From a virus: a DNA stretch of 64,000 bases. The notes beneath the pieces were generated by a model that was not told where the DNA came from, ran no database searches, and saw nothing but the letters and a program-made list of their open reading frames with translations. Location: IMG/VR virus record IMGVR_UViG_3300028837_002527, positions 4,768 through 68,767 of that record; one strand, 5' to 3'. A program made the translations under genes and the position numbers. Numbering within the stretch: position 1 is the stretch's first letter; the number at the start of each line of letters is the position of its first letter. Positions 27,832-38,430 of the stretch are shown here, piece after piece.

Positions 27832-28730
27832 TGTTAATGAGATTTAATCCTGTTGATAAAAGATTTGCATTGATATGTTTAAATTGTAATAAAGTATTTA
27901 GAACATATAATCGTAAAAATGATAGAAATAAAAGATTTTGTTCTATGGAATGTTTTAGACTATGACAAGCTGAACATAGAGTTTTACATGAAAAGACATG
28001 CGAAGTGTGTAATAAAGTTTTTAAAGTAAATAAGAAAAATGCAAGGATGTGTTCTATTAAATGTGCACAGAAATACACGAAGAAAAAAATAGCTTTACGT
28101 TATAAGGGTACAGGAAATTATAAAAAAGGCAATATTTTAGCATTATTTAATGAGTGTTGGAATGATATAGTTGATAGAGACGATATAAGAGTTATGAAAA
28201 AAAATGCAAAATGTCGAAAGTATACAAGAATATATGTTTCGGTTAAATGCCCAAAGTGTAAGGAGAAACGTTATCGTTCTATTAAAGATTTAATTTATTC
28301 TATTGAGGAAGGAACTTTTTCTGGATATTGCATAAAGTGTTATGTTAGCAAAGGAAGGTCCTTACATTTACAAAAAAATGGAAAAAGAATTATTGGAAAA
28401 AGAAGATATATTGATGAAAGAGGATATATAAGTGTTAGAATTAAGCGAAATAGTAAATTTTATGATATGTCAGGAAATGGAATTATTTTAGAACACAGAC
28501 TTATAATGGCAAAATATCTTGGTAGAAGTTTAAAGAGTTGGGAACATGTTCATCATATTGATGGAAACAAATCAAATAATGATATTGATAATTTAGAATT
28601 AAAGGATGGTTCAATACACTTAAGCATGCATAAAAGAACGAGAGATATGTATGCAGCAGAAAGAGAACAATTAAATCGTGTTAAAAAAGATTTAGAAAGA
28701 AGCAAAGCTAAACTTAAGGGAAGTGCTTAA
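27831..28730 (+). pseudogene. HNH homing endonuclease interrupted by in-frame TGA at 27963-27965
   Basis: ATG 27831 (TAATG coupling), CLNCNKVF...FCSMECFRL*QAEH..CEVCNKVF in one frame; C-terminal LEHRLIMAKYLGR.L...EHVHHIDGNKSNNDIDNL. Confidence 0.7.
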
Positions 28731-29243
28731 ATGAAAGATAAATTTAAAATTAAAGGAACAGTAAGATTCACTTTGAAAAATAAAAGTGGAAAAGTTATTA
28801 AAGAATATGTTAAGGAAAATCTAATTACTAATACAGGATTAGCAACAATAGCAAAAGCATTACTTCAAGCAGGTGGGGATACTTCCATTGCTTTAGGAAC
28901 TATTTATATTGGTGTTGGTGATAATTCAGTAGCAGTTCCAGCTCCATCTGTTACAGATATGACTTTAGCAAATGAACTTGCTAATGTTGCAGTTCCAAGA
29001 AAAGCAATTAATTATTGGAGAATAAATAATTATTCTGCTATTTTTCAAACGGACTGGATGCCAACAGAAGGAAATTCAACACCACCAAATAAACTTGCAG
29101 ATGCTGGTTTGTTTTGGAATGGTGCAACAGCAAATAGAAATACAGGTGATTTAGTTTCAAGAGTGTTAATGATTCCTACACTTGCAAAAGACGGAAATAA
29201 AACCTTGACAATCACGTGGATATACACATTTGGTAGAATTTAA
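28731..29243 (+). CDS. minor tail / fibre-anchor protein
   Basis: NLITNTG, IGVG, D.TL.NE, AGLF, LTITW.YTF pattern common in tail-tip proteins. Confidence 0.7.
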   Translation: MKDKFKIKGTVRFTLKNKSGKVIKEYVKENLITNTGLATIAKALLQAGGDTSIALGTIYIGVGDNSVAVPAPSVTDMTLANELANVAVPRKAINYWRINNYSAIFQTDWMPTEGNSTPPNKLADAGLFWNGATANRNTGDLVSRVLMIPTLAKDGNKTLTITWIYTFGRI

Positions 29244-29260
29244 AGTGAGGAGATAAAGAT

Positions 29261-30628
29261 ATGGCTGAAGCAGTAAATCCAGAAAATGATGCAGGATTAT
29301 TTCCCAATTATGGTAAAGATGATACACACAAAATTTGGGGACATGGTCATATAATAAATCGTCATAGATTAAATGGGCATGAATTCTGGATGGGAGATGG
29401 AATAACTCAAGTTGATGTTATTCCAGAAAGCAATGACCCTGATGTAAACCCACTTGATTCAATGTATATTTATGGAGGTGGTACAGATTTAAAAGTTAGA
29501 AAAATAATAGGAAATGTTGATGGATATAACTTTAAGTTTGATGTTGAAACAGCTATAGGAAATCCAGGAGCAATAAATACTTATTTTATAATGATAGCAT
29601 ATGATGAAGATGATGACCCGCAATATGCTGGGTCTGTTGAAGATGTTGATTTTGACGTTATCACAGCGTTAAATAAGACCATTCCAGGAACGTATGATGG
29701 TGCTTTGGTTCTTGGCTATGCAGATTGGAATGGAGTGGATACTTGGTCTAATATTGTTGTTTATCCACATTATAATACACTTGCAATGAGAAGGTTGCCA
29801 CCAAGTTGGCATACAAGACAAGCAGGTGCTTTCGGAAATGGACAAGATGGAGATTTAACTGTTGCTGCTCCAGCATCTTTGACAAAAGATACATATTGTA
29901 GAAGAGTTACAATTAGTTCGTCATTAACTACTGCTGGATATAGACTATTTGCATCCGAGTATATATGGATAAAAAATGGAGGTTCAATAAATAGAAATGG
30001 AGTTCAAGGAAATCCGGGTGGAGGTTTATCAGAACAAGAATTAGGTGGCAGTGGTAGTGGAGGAGCTGGTGCAGTAGGTGTTGGAAATCCAGGTTCTTCA
30101 GCAACACCTGGAACAGAAGAATCACTGGGGGGGGATGGTGGAAAAGGTGGAGACGGTAATAATGCGGGTGGAGCAAAAGGAGACGGAACAGAAAGAGACC
30201 CAATTTATAATGTACCTCAAGGAATTATGCTTGAGAAAAAGGGAAACTTATATCAAGGTGGTTCTGGTGGCGGCGGAGGAGGTGGAGATGGAGCTGCTGC
30301 TGTTGGTGGGGGTGGCGCTTCTGGTGGAGGTATTGTACTTGTGTCTGCTCCTTTAATTTATATAGAAAATGGTGGTTTTATTAGAGCACAAGGAGGTGAT
30401 GGACAACCAGGTTCAGGACCTAACACTGGTGGAGGTGGAGGAGGCGGAGGAGGAGCAGTTATTCTAATTATGAAAAAATTAGAATATACTGTTGCTGGAA
30501 ATCCGCTTAATGTAAATGGAGGTTTGGGTGGTGCTGGTCAAAATGGAAGTCCAGCTAACGGAGACCCAGGAGTTACTGGACAGATTATAAAAATTTTCTT
30601 GGATGAAGTAAATGAGGTCTTGAATTAA
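29261..30628 (+). CDS. glycine-rich tail fibre-like protein
   Basis: FGNGQDGDLT motif followed by GGSGGGGGG/GGGASGGG repeats. Confidence 0.75.
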   Translation: MAEAVNPENDAGLFPNYGKDDTHKIWGHGHIINRHRLNGHEFWMGDGITQVDVIPESNDPDVNPLDSMYIYGGGTDLKVRKIIGNVDGYNFKFDVETAIGNPGAINTYFIMIAYDEDDDPQYAGSVEDVDFDVITALNKTIPGTYDGALVLGYADWNGVDTWSNIVVYPHYNTLAMRRLPPSWHTRQAGAFGNGQDGDLTVAAPASLTKDTYCRRVTISSSLTTAGYRLFASEYIWIKNGGSINRNGVQGNPGGGLSEQELGGSGSGGAGAVGVGNPGSSATPGTEESLGGDGGKGGDGNNAGGAKGDGTERDPIYNVPQGIMLEKKGNLYQGGSGGGGGGGDGAAAVGGGGASGGGIVLVSAPLIYIENGGFIRAQGGDGQPGSGPNTGGGGGGGGGAVILIMKKLEYTVAGNPLNVNGGLGGAGQNGSPANGDPGVTGQIIKIFLDEVNEVLN

Positions 30629-31063
30629 ATGAAAGCAATACTCAGAGTAGCAATTGACGACAGTAAATTTTTATCTGGAACGGTCCTCAACGCCTATTCA
30701 GACGATGAAGAACTTGGACCAGGCCAACTTGGGAATCAACTCTGCATAATGGTCAGGACGGAAAAGAGTCTTGGCGAACTCAGGGCTATGAGGATATATA
30801 AGAGAATCAGGATTGAACAATTTATGAGCGATGATTCCATTGCAATCAGGATACAACAGAAGGCAAGGCTTCTGAAGATAATGCAGAATAAGAAAGACCC
30901 CGTCATTGAACATGATGACGTTACTATCAAACCGCGTTTCGACAAGGTCGTGGACTTGATATTACAACCGGGATTGCTCCAAGACACGCCGGAGGCCCAG
31001 TGGCCGAAGGCGGATGATTTGGAAATAGAGGAAAGAGATGGCGACGTACTACGACTGCGGTGA
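30629..31063 (+). CDS. hypothetical protein (higher-GC segment)
   Basis: Adjacent to previous stop; GC3-rich codons. Confidence 0.65.
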   Translation: MKAILRVAIDDSKFLSGTVLNAYSDDEELGPGQLGNQLCIMVRTEKSLGELRAMRIYKRIRIEQFMSDDSIAIRIQQKARLLKIMQNKKDPVIEHDDVTIKPRFDKVVDLILQPGLLQDTPEAQWPKADDLEIEERDGDVLRLR

Positions 31064-32048
31064 TGGTAAAACTTACACGAGCGTGACTGCCGTACAGGAT
31101 GCTGTGGACGATATGCCCGGAGATATGAATGGGCAGAGTATTCATGCGGCGAGGGTTTTTACAAAAACACCCACGTTGAATTACAATGGTGTTGATGCCA
31201 GAACTGGATTTACGAATACAAGCGCTGCTGACCATCCGGAGATTATAGGCCAAATTTATCACGGCGGATTGGCTGGGGTTGCGCCTAAATTTTTCAATAA
31301 TTATTCTGGGGGAGTAGTTGCAATATTAATGATTAATTATGGGGTGATAGAAAATATCGAGATTGGTGATATTGGTGCTTGTAGAGAAGGTGTTTATATC
31401 CACCAGGGAAATGTTAATAATTGCATTATACATGATTTGGCCTACGTTAGTCATCGTTGCAGGGCTATTGCTGCTATAACAGGTGGCAATTTAATTTATA
31501 ATAATTTTATATACGGCATCCATTGTACAAATCCCAGTCAATTTGCAGCAGGAATATATTCTCACGGCACGGGGAACAAAATTTACGCAAATTCAATTTA
31601 TAATGTTACGCACATAGGCACAAAAGCATATGGTATTCAAAGTGTTGATGACAGTTCTATAATAAAAGACAATATTTCGACGGCGACAGCAAATAATGAC
31701 TTTAAATGGAACGGCGGTGAGTCTGCTGCAAACACCGACTACAACTGCTCGGAAGATGCAACGGCGGACGACCGCGGGGCCACGCACGCGCTTATCAACC
31801 AGGACCCGACAAACGATATTAAATTTGTGAACCTCGGGGCCGGAACCGAGGACTTGCATATACAGTCGGGTTCGTCCTGTATAGGTGCAGGAGTTGACCT
31901 TTCGGGCGAAGGCGTAACAGATGATATAGACGGAGACGCGAGACCCGCTACTCCATGTATGGGGGCGGATGAATATAGAGTGAGCTACATTCCACAACAT
32001 AAAATCGGAAAAGGAATAAGAACTGGTGTCGGAACGGGGATAGGATAA
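31038..32048 (+). CDS. right-handed beta-helix (pectin lyase-like) virion protein
   Basis: NCIIHD, NNFIYG, NSIYN repeats; DLHIQSGS.CIGAG...DIDGDARP...MGADE C-terminal motif. Confidence 0.75.
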   Translation: MATYYDCGDGKTYTSVTAVQDAVDDMPGDMNGQSIHAARVFTKTPTLNYNGVDARTGFTNTSAADHPEIIGQIYHGGLAGVAPKFFNNYSGGVVAILMINYGVIENIEIGDIGACREGVYIHQGNVNNCIIHDLAYVSHRCRAIAAITGGNLIYNNFIYGIHCTNPSQFAAGIYSHGTGNKIYANSIYNVTHIGTKAYGIQSVDDSSIIKDNISTATANNDFKWNGGESAANTDYNCSEDATADDRGATHALINQDPTNDIKFVNLGAGTEDLHIQSGSSCIGAGVDLSGEGVTDDIDGDARPATPCMGADEYRVSYIPQHKIGKGIRTGVGTGIG

Positions 32049-33350
32049 ATGAAATACTACGATAAGACAAAGAATGTAGGCTGTACGATAGAATTTCCTT
32101 TGATGGATAATGCTAATCCTCAAAGAGCATTTACTGGAACTGCTTGGGGAGCATTGACAAATGAAGTTTTATCAGCGGTTTATAATGATGGAACTCCTGA
32201 CCAAGTCCTTACTTTAAGTGGTACTCCTACTGAATCTGCAAATGTAATTGGGCTTTGGTTATTGACACTTACAAATGGCGAGATGAATCACGATGAGATT
32301 GCTATTAAGTTAACAGCGGATGAAATAGATGACCAGTTTTTGCTAATTTCAACAAAGTTGTACACAAATCTTCTTGCAATAAAAACTAAGACGAACGGGA
32401 TGAATTTCACGGGAACAGATATAAAGTCTACGTTAGATGGAGAGAAAGTTGCTGTTTCCAGCATGAACGCAAATTCTATAAATGCAGCTGCTATTGCGGC
32501 CGCTGCTGTTACTAAGATTCAAGCTGGGTTGGCAGTACCGGGTGATGCGATGGATTTGATTACAGACGCTCTTGATGCAGCTGCTGTAAAAGCTGACGCT
32601 GTTACTAAAATCCAAGCTGGACTGGCAACAGGGGCAAATATAACTAGTGTGTTAGCAGCAATAGCAAATAATTTAACAGCAATTAGTGGTAACTTAACAG
32701 CGATTGGTGGTAACTTAACAGCAATACAAATAAACACTGCAGTGTTGGTAATAATAGATACAGTTGTGGATGCAATCAAATTAAAAACTGATAAATTACC
32801 AACAAATCCTGCTGCTACCGGTGATAAGATGGATTTAGTTAATAACGCTGTTGATGCTGATGTTTGGGCTGATAGTGCTACAACAGAACTTATAGATGCA
32901 ATTATAGCTCGAGTAGGTGCAATAAAACTTATTGATAATGCTTTTGTGATTATACTTGACGAAGATGTAAATATATTACAAACACCAAGAATAAATTATG
33001 TTCGTGGTGATACACATCCGTATGTGATTTCAGTTGTTGACAATGATGGAACTCCTGTAAACTTGACAGGTTGTAAAATATACTTTACAGTTAAAGAGGA
33101 ATATTCCGATTTAGATTCAGCTGCAATACTTCAAAAGACAAGTGCTGATGTTGCAGAAATTGAAATAACTGATTTTGCAGGTGGAATATTTGAAATTAAG
33201 TTTTTAGCTGATGATACTGAAGATGAAGAAACTGGTAGTTTTAATGATTATAAATATGATATTCAAATAAAAGATTCTTCTAATTTAATATGGACTAGGA
33301 CTCGTGGAGTATTTCGTTTATATGGAGATGTAACAAAGAAAGATGATTAG
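32049..33350 (+). CDS. structural protein with internal Ala-rich repeats and C-terminal BppU-like Ig domain
   Basis: AVTKIQAGLA x2, GD.MDL x2; RGDT...D.DGTPVNLTG..IYFTVK...YKYDIQI. Confidence 0.65.
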   Translation: MKYYDKTKNVGCTIEFPLMDNANPQRAFTGTAWGALTNEVLSAVYNDGTPDQVLTLSGTPTESANVIGLWLLTLTNGEMNHDEIAIKLTADEIDDQFLLISTKLYTNLLAIKTKTNGMNFTGTDIKSTLDGEKVAVSSMNANSINAAAIAAAAVTKIQAGLAVPGDAMDLITDALDAAAVKADAVTKIQAGLATGANITSVLAAIANNLTAISGNLTAIGGNLTAIQINTAVLVIIDTVVDAIKLKTDKLPTNPAATGDKMDLVNNAVDADVWADSATTELIDAIIARVGAIKLIDNAFVIILDEDVNILQTPRINYVRGDTHPYVISVVDNDGTPVNLTGCKIYFTVKEEYSDLDSAAILQKTSADVAEIEITDFAGGIFEIKFLADDTEDEETGSFNDYKYDIQIKDSSNLIWTRTRGVFRLYGDVTKKDD

Positions 33351-33365
33351 GGATAAGGAGGAATC

Positions 33366-33749
33366 ATGTCTTTACATCAAAGAAAATTTTTATATTCCAG
33401 TGTTAAACAAGTAGCTCATGGTGCTGCTGCAATTGAAAGTGATGTTGAAATTGATGTATCTCATGTTCATCATGCAAGAGTTCAAGCAAAAATTATAGGA
33501 AAAGATGGAGCTTCTAATGGAACATTTACTTTGGAAGCTTTTGGAGTAATAAATGCCTTACAAGATACTAAATTATTTGATTCATTTACAATGACAGCTA
33601 ATGGACTTACTGAAGTTATTGAAAGTAAATTAATGGATGTAAGGGGCTTTTCTTCAATTAAAGTAGAAATCTCTTATGTAAAAGCAGGTGATTATTGTGT
33701 AGCGGAAATACAGTGTGGTTTGCCATTTGCTGCAGGTTCACGTGGATAG
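33366..33749 (+). CDS. hypothetical beta-rich structural protein
   Basis: RBS AAGGAGG; 127 aa. Confidence 0.65.
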   Translation: MSLHQRKFLYSSVKQVAHGAAAIESDVEIDVSHVHHARVQAKIIGKDGASNGTFTLEAFGVINALQDTKLFDSFTMTANGLTEVIESKLMDVRGFSSIKVEISYVKAGDYCVAEIQCGLPFAAGSRG

Positions 33750-33814
33750 CTAATTGTAACTGGTAAGTGGAACGTGATTAGATTAAGCCAAACCAATATG
33801 AAAGGAAAAGAAAA

Positions 33815-36800
33815 ATGGCTGAAGAAATTTTTGGAACTAAATTGAGATATGTTGAAATGTTAAATCTTCAATGTCCAGCAAGTAAGATTTGTGAACTTGG
33901 TACAATGCTCAGAAAAGCGGAGAGACGTGTAGGTCCTCCAGTAACAGATATTGCTGCTTTGAAGTTAGTTGATGCAAATAATCGTTATGATGGCAAAGTA
34001 ATTATGGTAAAGAATCGTGGTTTTTACGTATTTGATGCTGAAAGCACTGAAACTGAAGATTTAGAAAGAATAGTAGCTCCTACTGTAGGAACTGGTCGTT
34101 GGCACGCTGCTGGTGGCCAAGAATCAGGTGGCGGAATTATTTGGGAACGTGGTGTTATTGATAAGGATATTGTAGATTCAGCAGGAGCTGTAGCTACTGA
34201 AGGAAATCGTTATCTTATTGGTGGTGTTGGTCTTAATGATTGGGCTGGACATAATTGGGATATTACAGAATACACTTCAGATGCTGAATGGATATTTACT
34301 GAACCAAGAGAAGGAATGGTAGTTCATATTGCAGACGAAGATAAAATTATGATTTACAATGGAACTAGTTGGACTGACTTTGGTTTAGTAGTTCAAATTA
34401 ATAGAAAAAATATTGCATGGGTTGATAAGGATGGAAGTGATACTACTGGACAAGTTGGTAGTTTTACTCGTCCATATTTAACTATTGGAGCAGCACTTAC
34501 TGCAATAACTACAGCAGCTGCAGATGATAGATTTGCAATTATTGTTGGTTCTGGTGAATATGCTGAAAATGTCGTGTGTAAACCATTTGTTGATTTATAT
34601 CTTGGTACAGCGAGAATTATTCCTGCTGCTGGAGATGGAATTAAATTTGATGATGACATGTCTGTTCATGATGGAATAGTTTCAGCAGCAGCTGGATATT
34701 GTTTTGATGTAACTGCTGTTGGTGTTACTTCTGCAAATTGTTACAATACTCAATATGCTGCTGGTAAAGTATTAAAAAGTGGTGGTGGAGCATTTGTTAA
34801 TTTTTACAATATTCAACCACTTCCAGGAGCAGCAATTGCTACCTTTGCTGATGTTGCTGGTGGAGCATTGGGTGGAATATTTTATGATTCACAACTTGAT
34901 GGTGCAGCAGGTACAGATGATGAAATTCAACTTTATGGTTGTTATTGCAATGGAGCTTGGACTACTACAGATACTATTATAGCTAATGCAACTACTTTTG
35001 TAGGAGCATTTAGTTTAACTACTCCTTCAGCTGCAAGTCATTTTCAAGGATGTAATTTTGTTGCAAGTCTTACTGCGCTTGAAGGTTCTGCAATATTTGA
35101 GGGTTGTCAAATAGGAACTTCAATTACTGTTAATCATGCAAATGCAGATATAATATTTAATGGTTGTTATGTAGGAACTACATATACTGTTACACTTGGA
35201 ATAGCGCAGTTTAATGGAGGCGGCATTAGTACAGATGTGTCTTTTGCGGGTACTAATGTAAATAGTTTTAATGGAGTTCGAGTTGGTGGAACTACCACTA
35301 TTCTTGAAGCAACACTTCACGCTGAAGGATGTAGATTTGTTGGAGCTTTTCTTGTAAATCATGCAAATGCAATATTTGTTGGAAATGGTAATAAATTTGA
35401 TGACACTTACACTGTTACACTTGGGGAAGCGACTTCAGATGGTTCTACAATAACTGGAGCAGTTTCTCTTGAAGGAACAAATGTAAATCGTTTTGGTGGC
35501 TGCACATTAGAAAGTTCTTTAACAATACTTGAAGCAACTGCAATAGCAACTGGTGGAAGCATTGAAGGAGCAGTAACAGTTAATCATGCTAATGCTGTGC
35601 TTGAAAGTTCTGGCTGTCATTTTGAGAGTACTTATACTATTACTCTTGGAACTGGAAATATTGAAGGCGGGAGAATTCAAGGAGCAACTTCAATAGCTGG
35701 AACTAATACTAATAGATTAACAAGTACGATGTTGGCAGCTGTTACAGTACTTGAAGCAACTGTAATTATTACTGGTAGTTCAATAACTGGTGCACTACTT
35801 GCAAATCATGCAAATGCTGTACTACGAGTTGAAGGTACAGATTTTGCAGGAACATTTACAGTTACATTGGGAGTTGCAACTGTAAATGGAGGTTTAATTG
35901 TAGGTGCAACTTCACTTGAAGGTACCAATGCTAACTTCTTTGAAGGTGTACGATTTGGTGATACTTTTACACTTCTTGAAGCTACTGCAAATCTTGCGGG
36001 ATGTTCAGTAGCAGGTGCTGTACTTGTAAATCATGCTGCTGCTATTTTAGTTGCTACTGGTAGTGATTTTCAAAATACTTTCACAGTTACACTTGGAGAA
36101 GCAACTGTTGATGGCACAATTATTTCTGGTGCAGTTTCCGTTGAAGGAACTAATACAAACCGACTTGCCGGATGTACACTCGAAGGTGCTTTGACAGTTC
36201 TTGAAGCAACTGTGATTTTAGCTGGAAGTTCAGTTGAAGGTGCAGTAGATACTAATCATGCAAGTGCAGTGTTATATGACATCGGTTCAATACTTGAGAG
36301 TACTCTAACTACTACACTTGGAGCAGCAGTTGTTTCAGGCGGAAGTATTAGAGGTGCAATTGATGTAGCCGCTGGTGCAATTGAGATGTCCAATGACACT
36401 GACTTGGGTGGTGCTATTACAGGTGCTCCTACTTATCTTGGAACTCCAATAAGAGATATTGGCGGAGTTGGGCTTACCTTTATTCGATTTACTGGTGTTC
36501 CACTTGCAAACGATACTTTTACTATTGATGGTAGAATTCACATGTTTGATGGTGGTGGAGACGTTCCTATTGTTCGTGTTCCGGGTAATGTGGATGGGAC
36601 ACTTGATAATGCAGTAACAGCTATTAATGCTGATGCAGCTGGTGTTGGTGTTACTTATGCAATTAAAGCTGCTGGTGCAGGAGCTGCTAACGGAGTTCTA
36701 ATAATTGTCCATGAGACTGTAGCGACTGACTTTGCTTTAGTTATTACTGTAAATGTTGGTGGATTTATGACTGCTAGTCACGCCAACGCAGTCGGTGATT

Positions 36801-37093
36801 TTGTAGCTGCTCGTCAAGACAATTATAAGTTCCGTCGTGTAATGGTTGCTCAGGACATTCTTGCTCTAGCAGCAGTTGAAGGTATTGTTCTTGGATGTGT
36901 ACCGTCAACTGTAGCACCAAGATATATTAACTTATTTGCGACAGATGCTGCTGGTGTTATTTTACCAATGGCAACTTATAGGATTAATGCTAATCAGGTT
37001 GGAGGTGCGTGGTATGAGATTGAACTTTTAGACCCACTTGGTGCGGCTCAGTTTGCTGCTGGTGACCTTGCATATGTTGAGGCCCAGGTCTAA
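33815..37093 (+). CDS. tail fibre/spike: DUF2793-like domain, beta-helix with 75-aa super-repeats, C-terminal paralog of 37127..37804
   Basis: EGNRYLIG...WAGH..DI.EY....W.FTEP.EG (DUF2793); PYLTIGAAL cap; VNHANA repeats every 225 nt. Confidence 0.75.
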   Translation: MAEEIFGTKLRYVEMLNLQCPASKICELGTMLRKAERRVGPPVTDIAALKLVDANNRYDGKVIMVKNRGFYVFDAESTETEDLERIVAPTVGTGRWHAAGGQESGGGIIWERGVIDKDIVDSAGAVATEGNRYLIGGVGLNDWAGHNWDITEYTSDAEWIFTEPREGMVVHIADEDKIMIYNGTSWTDFGLVVQINRKNIAWVDKDGSDTTGQVGSFTRPYLTIGAALTAITTAAADDRFAIIVGSGEYAENVVCKPFVDLYLGTARIIPAAGDGIKFDDDMSVHDGIVSAAAGYCFDVTAVGVTSANCYNTQYAAGKVLKSGGGAFVNFYNIQPLPGAAIATFADVAGGALGGIFYDSQLDGAAGTDDEIQLYGCYCNGAWTTTDTIIANATTFVGAFSLTTPSAASHFQGCNFVASLTALEGSAIFEGCQIGTSITVNHANADIIFNGCYVGTTYTVTLGIAQFNGGGISTDVSFAGTNVNSFNGVRVGGTTTILEATLHAEGCRFVGAFLVNHANAIFVGNGNKFDDTYTVTLGEATSDGSTITGAVSLEGTNVNRFGGCTLESSLTILEATAIATGGSIEGAVTVNHANAVLESSGCHFESTYTITLGTGNIEGGRIQGATSIAGTNTNRLTSTMLAAVTVLEATVIITGSSITGALLANHANAVLRVEGTDFAGTFTVTLGVATVNGGLIVGATSLEGTNANFFEGVRFGDTFTLLEATANLAGCSVAGAVLVNHAAAILVATGSDFQNTFTVTLGEATVDGTIISGAVSVEGTNTNRLAGCTLEGALTVLEATVILAGSSVEGAVDTNHASAVLYDIGSILESTLTTTLGAAVVSGGSIRGAIDVAAGAIEMSNDTDLGGAITGAPTYLGTPIRDIGGVGLTFIRFTGVPLANDTFTIDGRIHMFDGGGDVPIVRVPGNVDGTLDNAVTAINADAAGVGVTYAIKAAGAGAANGVLIIVHETVATDFALVITVNVGGFMTASHANAVGDFVAARQDNYKFRRVMVAQDILALAAVEGIVLGCVPSTVAPRYINLFATDAAGVILPMATYRINANQVGGAWYEIELLDPLGAAQFAAGDLAYVEAQV
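35129..36268 (+). repeat. six degenerate 225-nt (75-aa) coding repeats
   Basis: NHA codons at 35132, 35357, 35582, 35804, 36029, 36254. Confidence 0.8.
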
Positions 37094-37126
37094 TTCGTAA
37101 CTTTTAAGGAAAGGAAAGGAATAAAC

Positions 37127-37804
37127 ATGGCTGGACCAGTAGCAGACGTTCAGATTGACTCTGAACTCTCAAAAGACTTAGGTGGGATTGGAGTTGGATA
37201 TGTTTCTTTCTCCAAACAACCCGCAGCTAATGACATTATAACAGTCGGTGCAAGAGGTATTGAGTTTGATGGTGTTGGTGCTAATATTAATGTAGCCATT
37301 GGTGGAACTCTTGCCTTAACACTTGCAGCCGCTGTTGCTGCTATTAATGCAGATGGCACAATTCTTGCGGATGCTATCGTTGGAGCAAACGATGCTTGTT
37401 TGAACTTTGTTGCGCGGTCTCCAGGTACTGCAGGAAATCTTGGAATTGTCGATACTGTTGACAGTGGCGCAGCAATGATTTGTTCAGCCGCTCTTATGGT
37501 TGGTGGAAAAGCAACTGCAATTACGGAATCATATCGTGAATCCTATACAATAACTGCAATAGATGTACAAGAAATGGCGGCAGGAGCGCAGGATGCGGAA
37601 ATTTGCATTGCAGCTATTCCAAAAACTACTGCTCCTACTTCAACTCAAATAACAGTTTGGGATACAACGGGCTTAATACACCCGTTCGCAAGTCTGTTGT
37701 TTGTTTGGAGACAAATCAATGCTAATTATTATGGTTTGTTTCTGGAAGATAATGGACCTTTATTAGCCGCTGGCGACACAATAGAAATAATTGCAGCGTA
37801 TTAG
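37127..37804 (+). CDS. structural protein paralogous to the C-terminus of the upstream fibre
   Basis: LGGIGVGYVSFSKQPAANDIITVGARGIEFDG vs IGGVGLTFIRFTGVPLANDTFTIDGRIHMFDG; AAGD near both C-termini. Confidence 0.7.
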   Translation: MAGPVADVQIDSELSKDLGGIGVGYVSFSKQPAANDIITVGARGIEFDGVGANINVAIGGTLALTLAAAVAAINADGTILADAIVGANDACLNFVARSPGTAGNLGIVDTVDSGAAMICSAALMVGGKATAITESYRESYTITAIDVQEMAAGAQDAEICIAAIPKTTAPTSTQITVWDTTGLIHPFASLLFVWRQINANYYGLFLEDNGPLLAAGDTIEIIAAY

Positions 37805-37836
37805 TAAAATTAACGCATGAATGAAGGAGAATAGAT

Positions 37837-38244
37837 ATGGCATTTTCAGAAGAAGATAAAGAATTTTTAAGTGGAATATTTGTCAATCAAAAAAAAGACA
37901 TAACTAAAATTGCAGATGAAAGAGATAAAAAAATAAAAAAAGATGTTCAGGAAGTAGTAACGAAAGTTACTATAAAAGTGGATAAACTATGTGACAATTT
38001 TAAAGCACACAAGAAAGAAGCTTTTGAACGCGTGGCACAACATGATATACAAATTGCGCTAAATGAAAAATCAATTAATGGAAATAAAGAATTAGTTGAG
38101 TCAAAATTGGAACAAGGAGCAATTCAACTTAAGGAAATAAAAGATGTAAATAAAAGTTTATCCAATAGGATTTACTGGCTGATTGGATTAATAATAATGG
38201 CATTAATAATGTTAGCTGTTGCTCTTTTTGGAAAAATTTTATAA
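37837..38244 (+). CDS. coiled-coil protein with C-terminal TM (XhlA/holin-like)
   Basis: C-terminal IYWLIGLIIMALIMLAVALFG; end of structural operon. Confidence 0.6.
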   Translation: MAFSEEDKEFLSGIFVNQKKDITKIADERDKKIKKDVQEVVTKVTIKVDKLCDNFKAHKKEAFERVAQHDIQIALNEKSINGNKELVESKLEQGAIQLKEIKDVNKSLSNRIYWLIGLIIMALIMLAVALFGKIL

Positions 38245-38350
38245 ATCAGAAAAAAATTATATTGTGCAATAAAAATTGTTTTTTCTAATAAGCATTTATA
38301 AATTTTATTAAAGAAACACTCTCCGTCACTTTTATACTTATCTTCATTTT

Positions 38351-38378
38351 AGGTCCCAGAAATGGGACCTTTTATTTT
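38351..38378 (+). terminator. intrinsic terminator ending the structural operon
   Basis: AGGTCCCA-GAAA-TGGGACCT followed by TTTATTTT. Confidence 0.85.
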
Positions 38379-38430
38379 GTAGTGATAAAGCTAATTAAAT
38401 TGTGATAGTAACTATTATAGAGAATATTAT

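Noticed and set aside
27963-27965. Genome-wide stop-codon reassignment (TGA or TAG)
   Set aside because: Many genes end in TGA/TAG with tight ATGA coupling, and long genes are intact under code 11; only an isolated in-frame TGA was seen.
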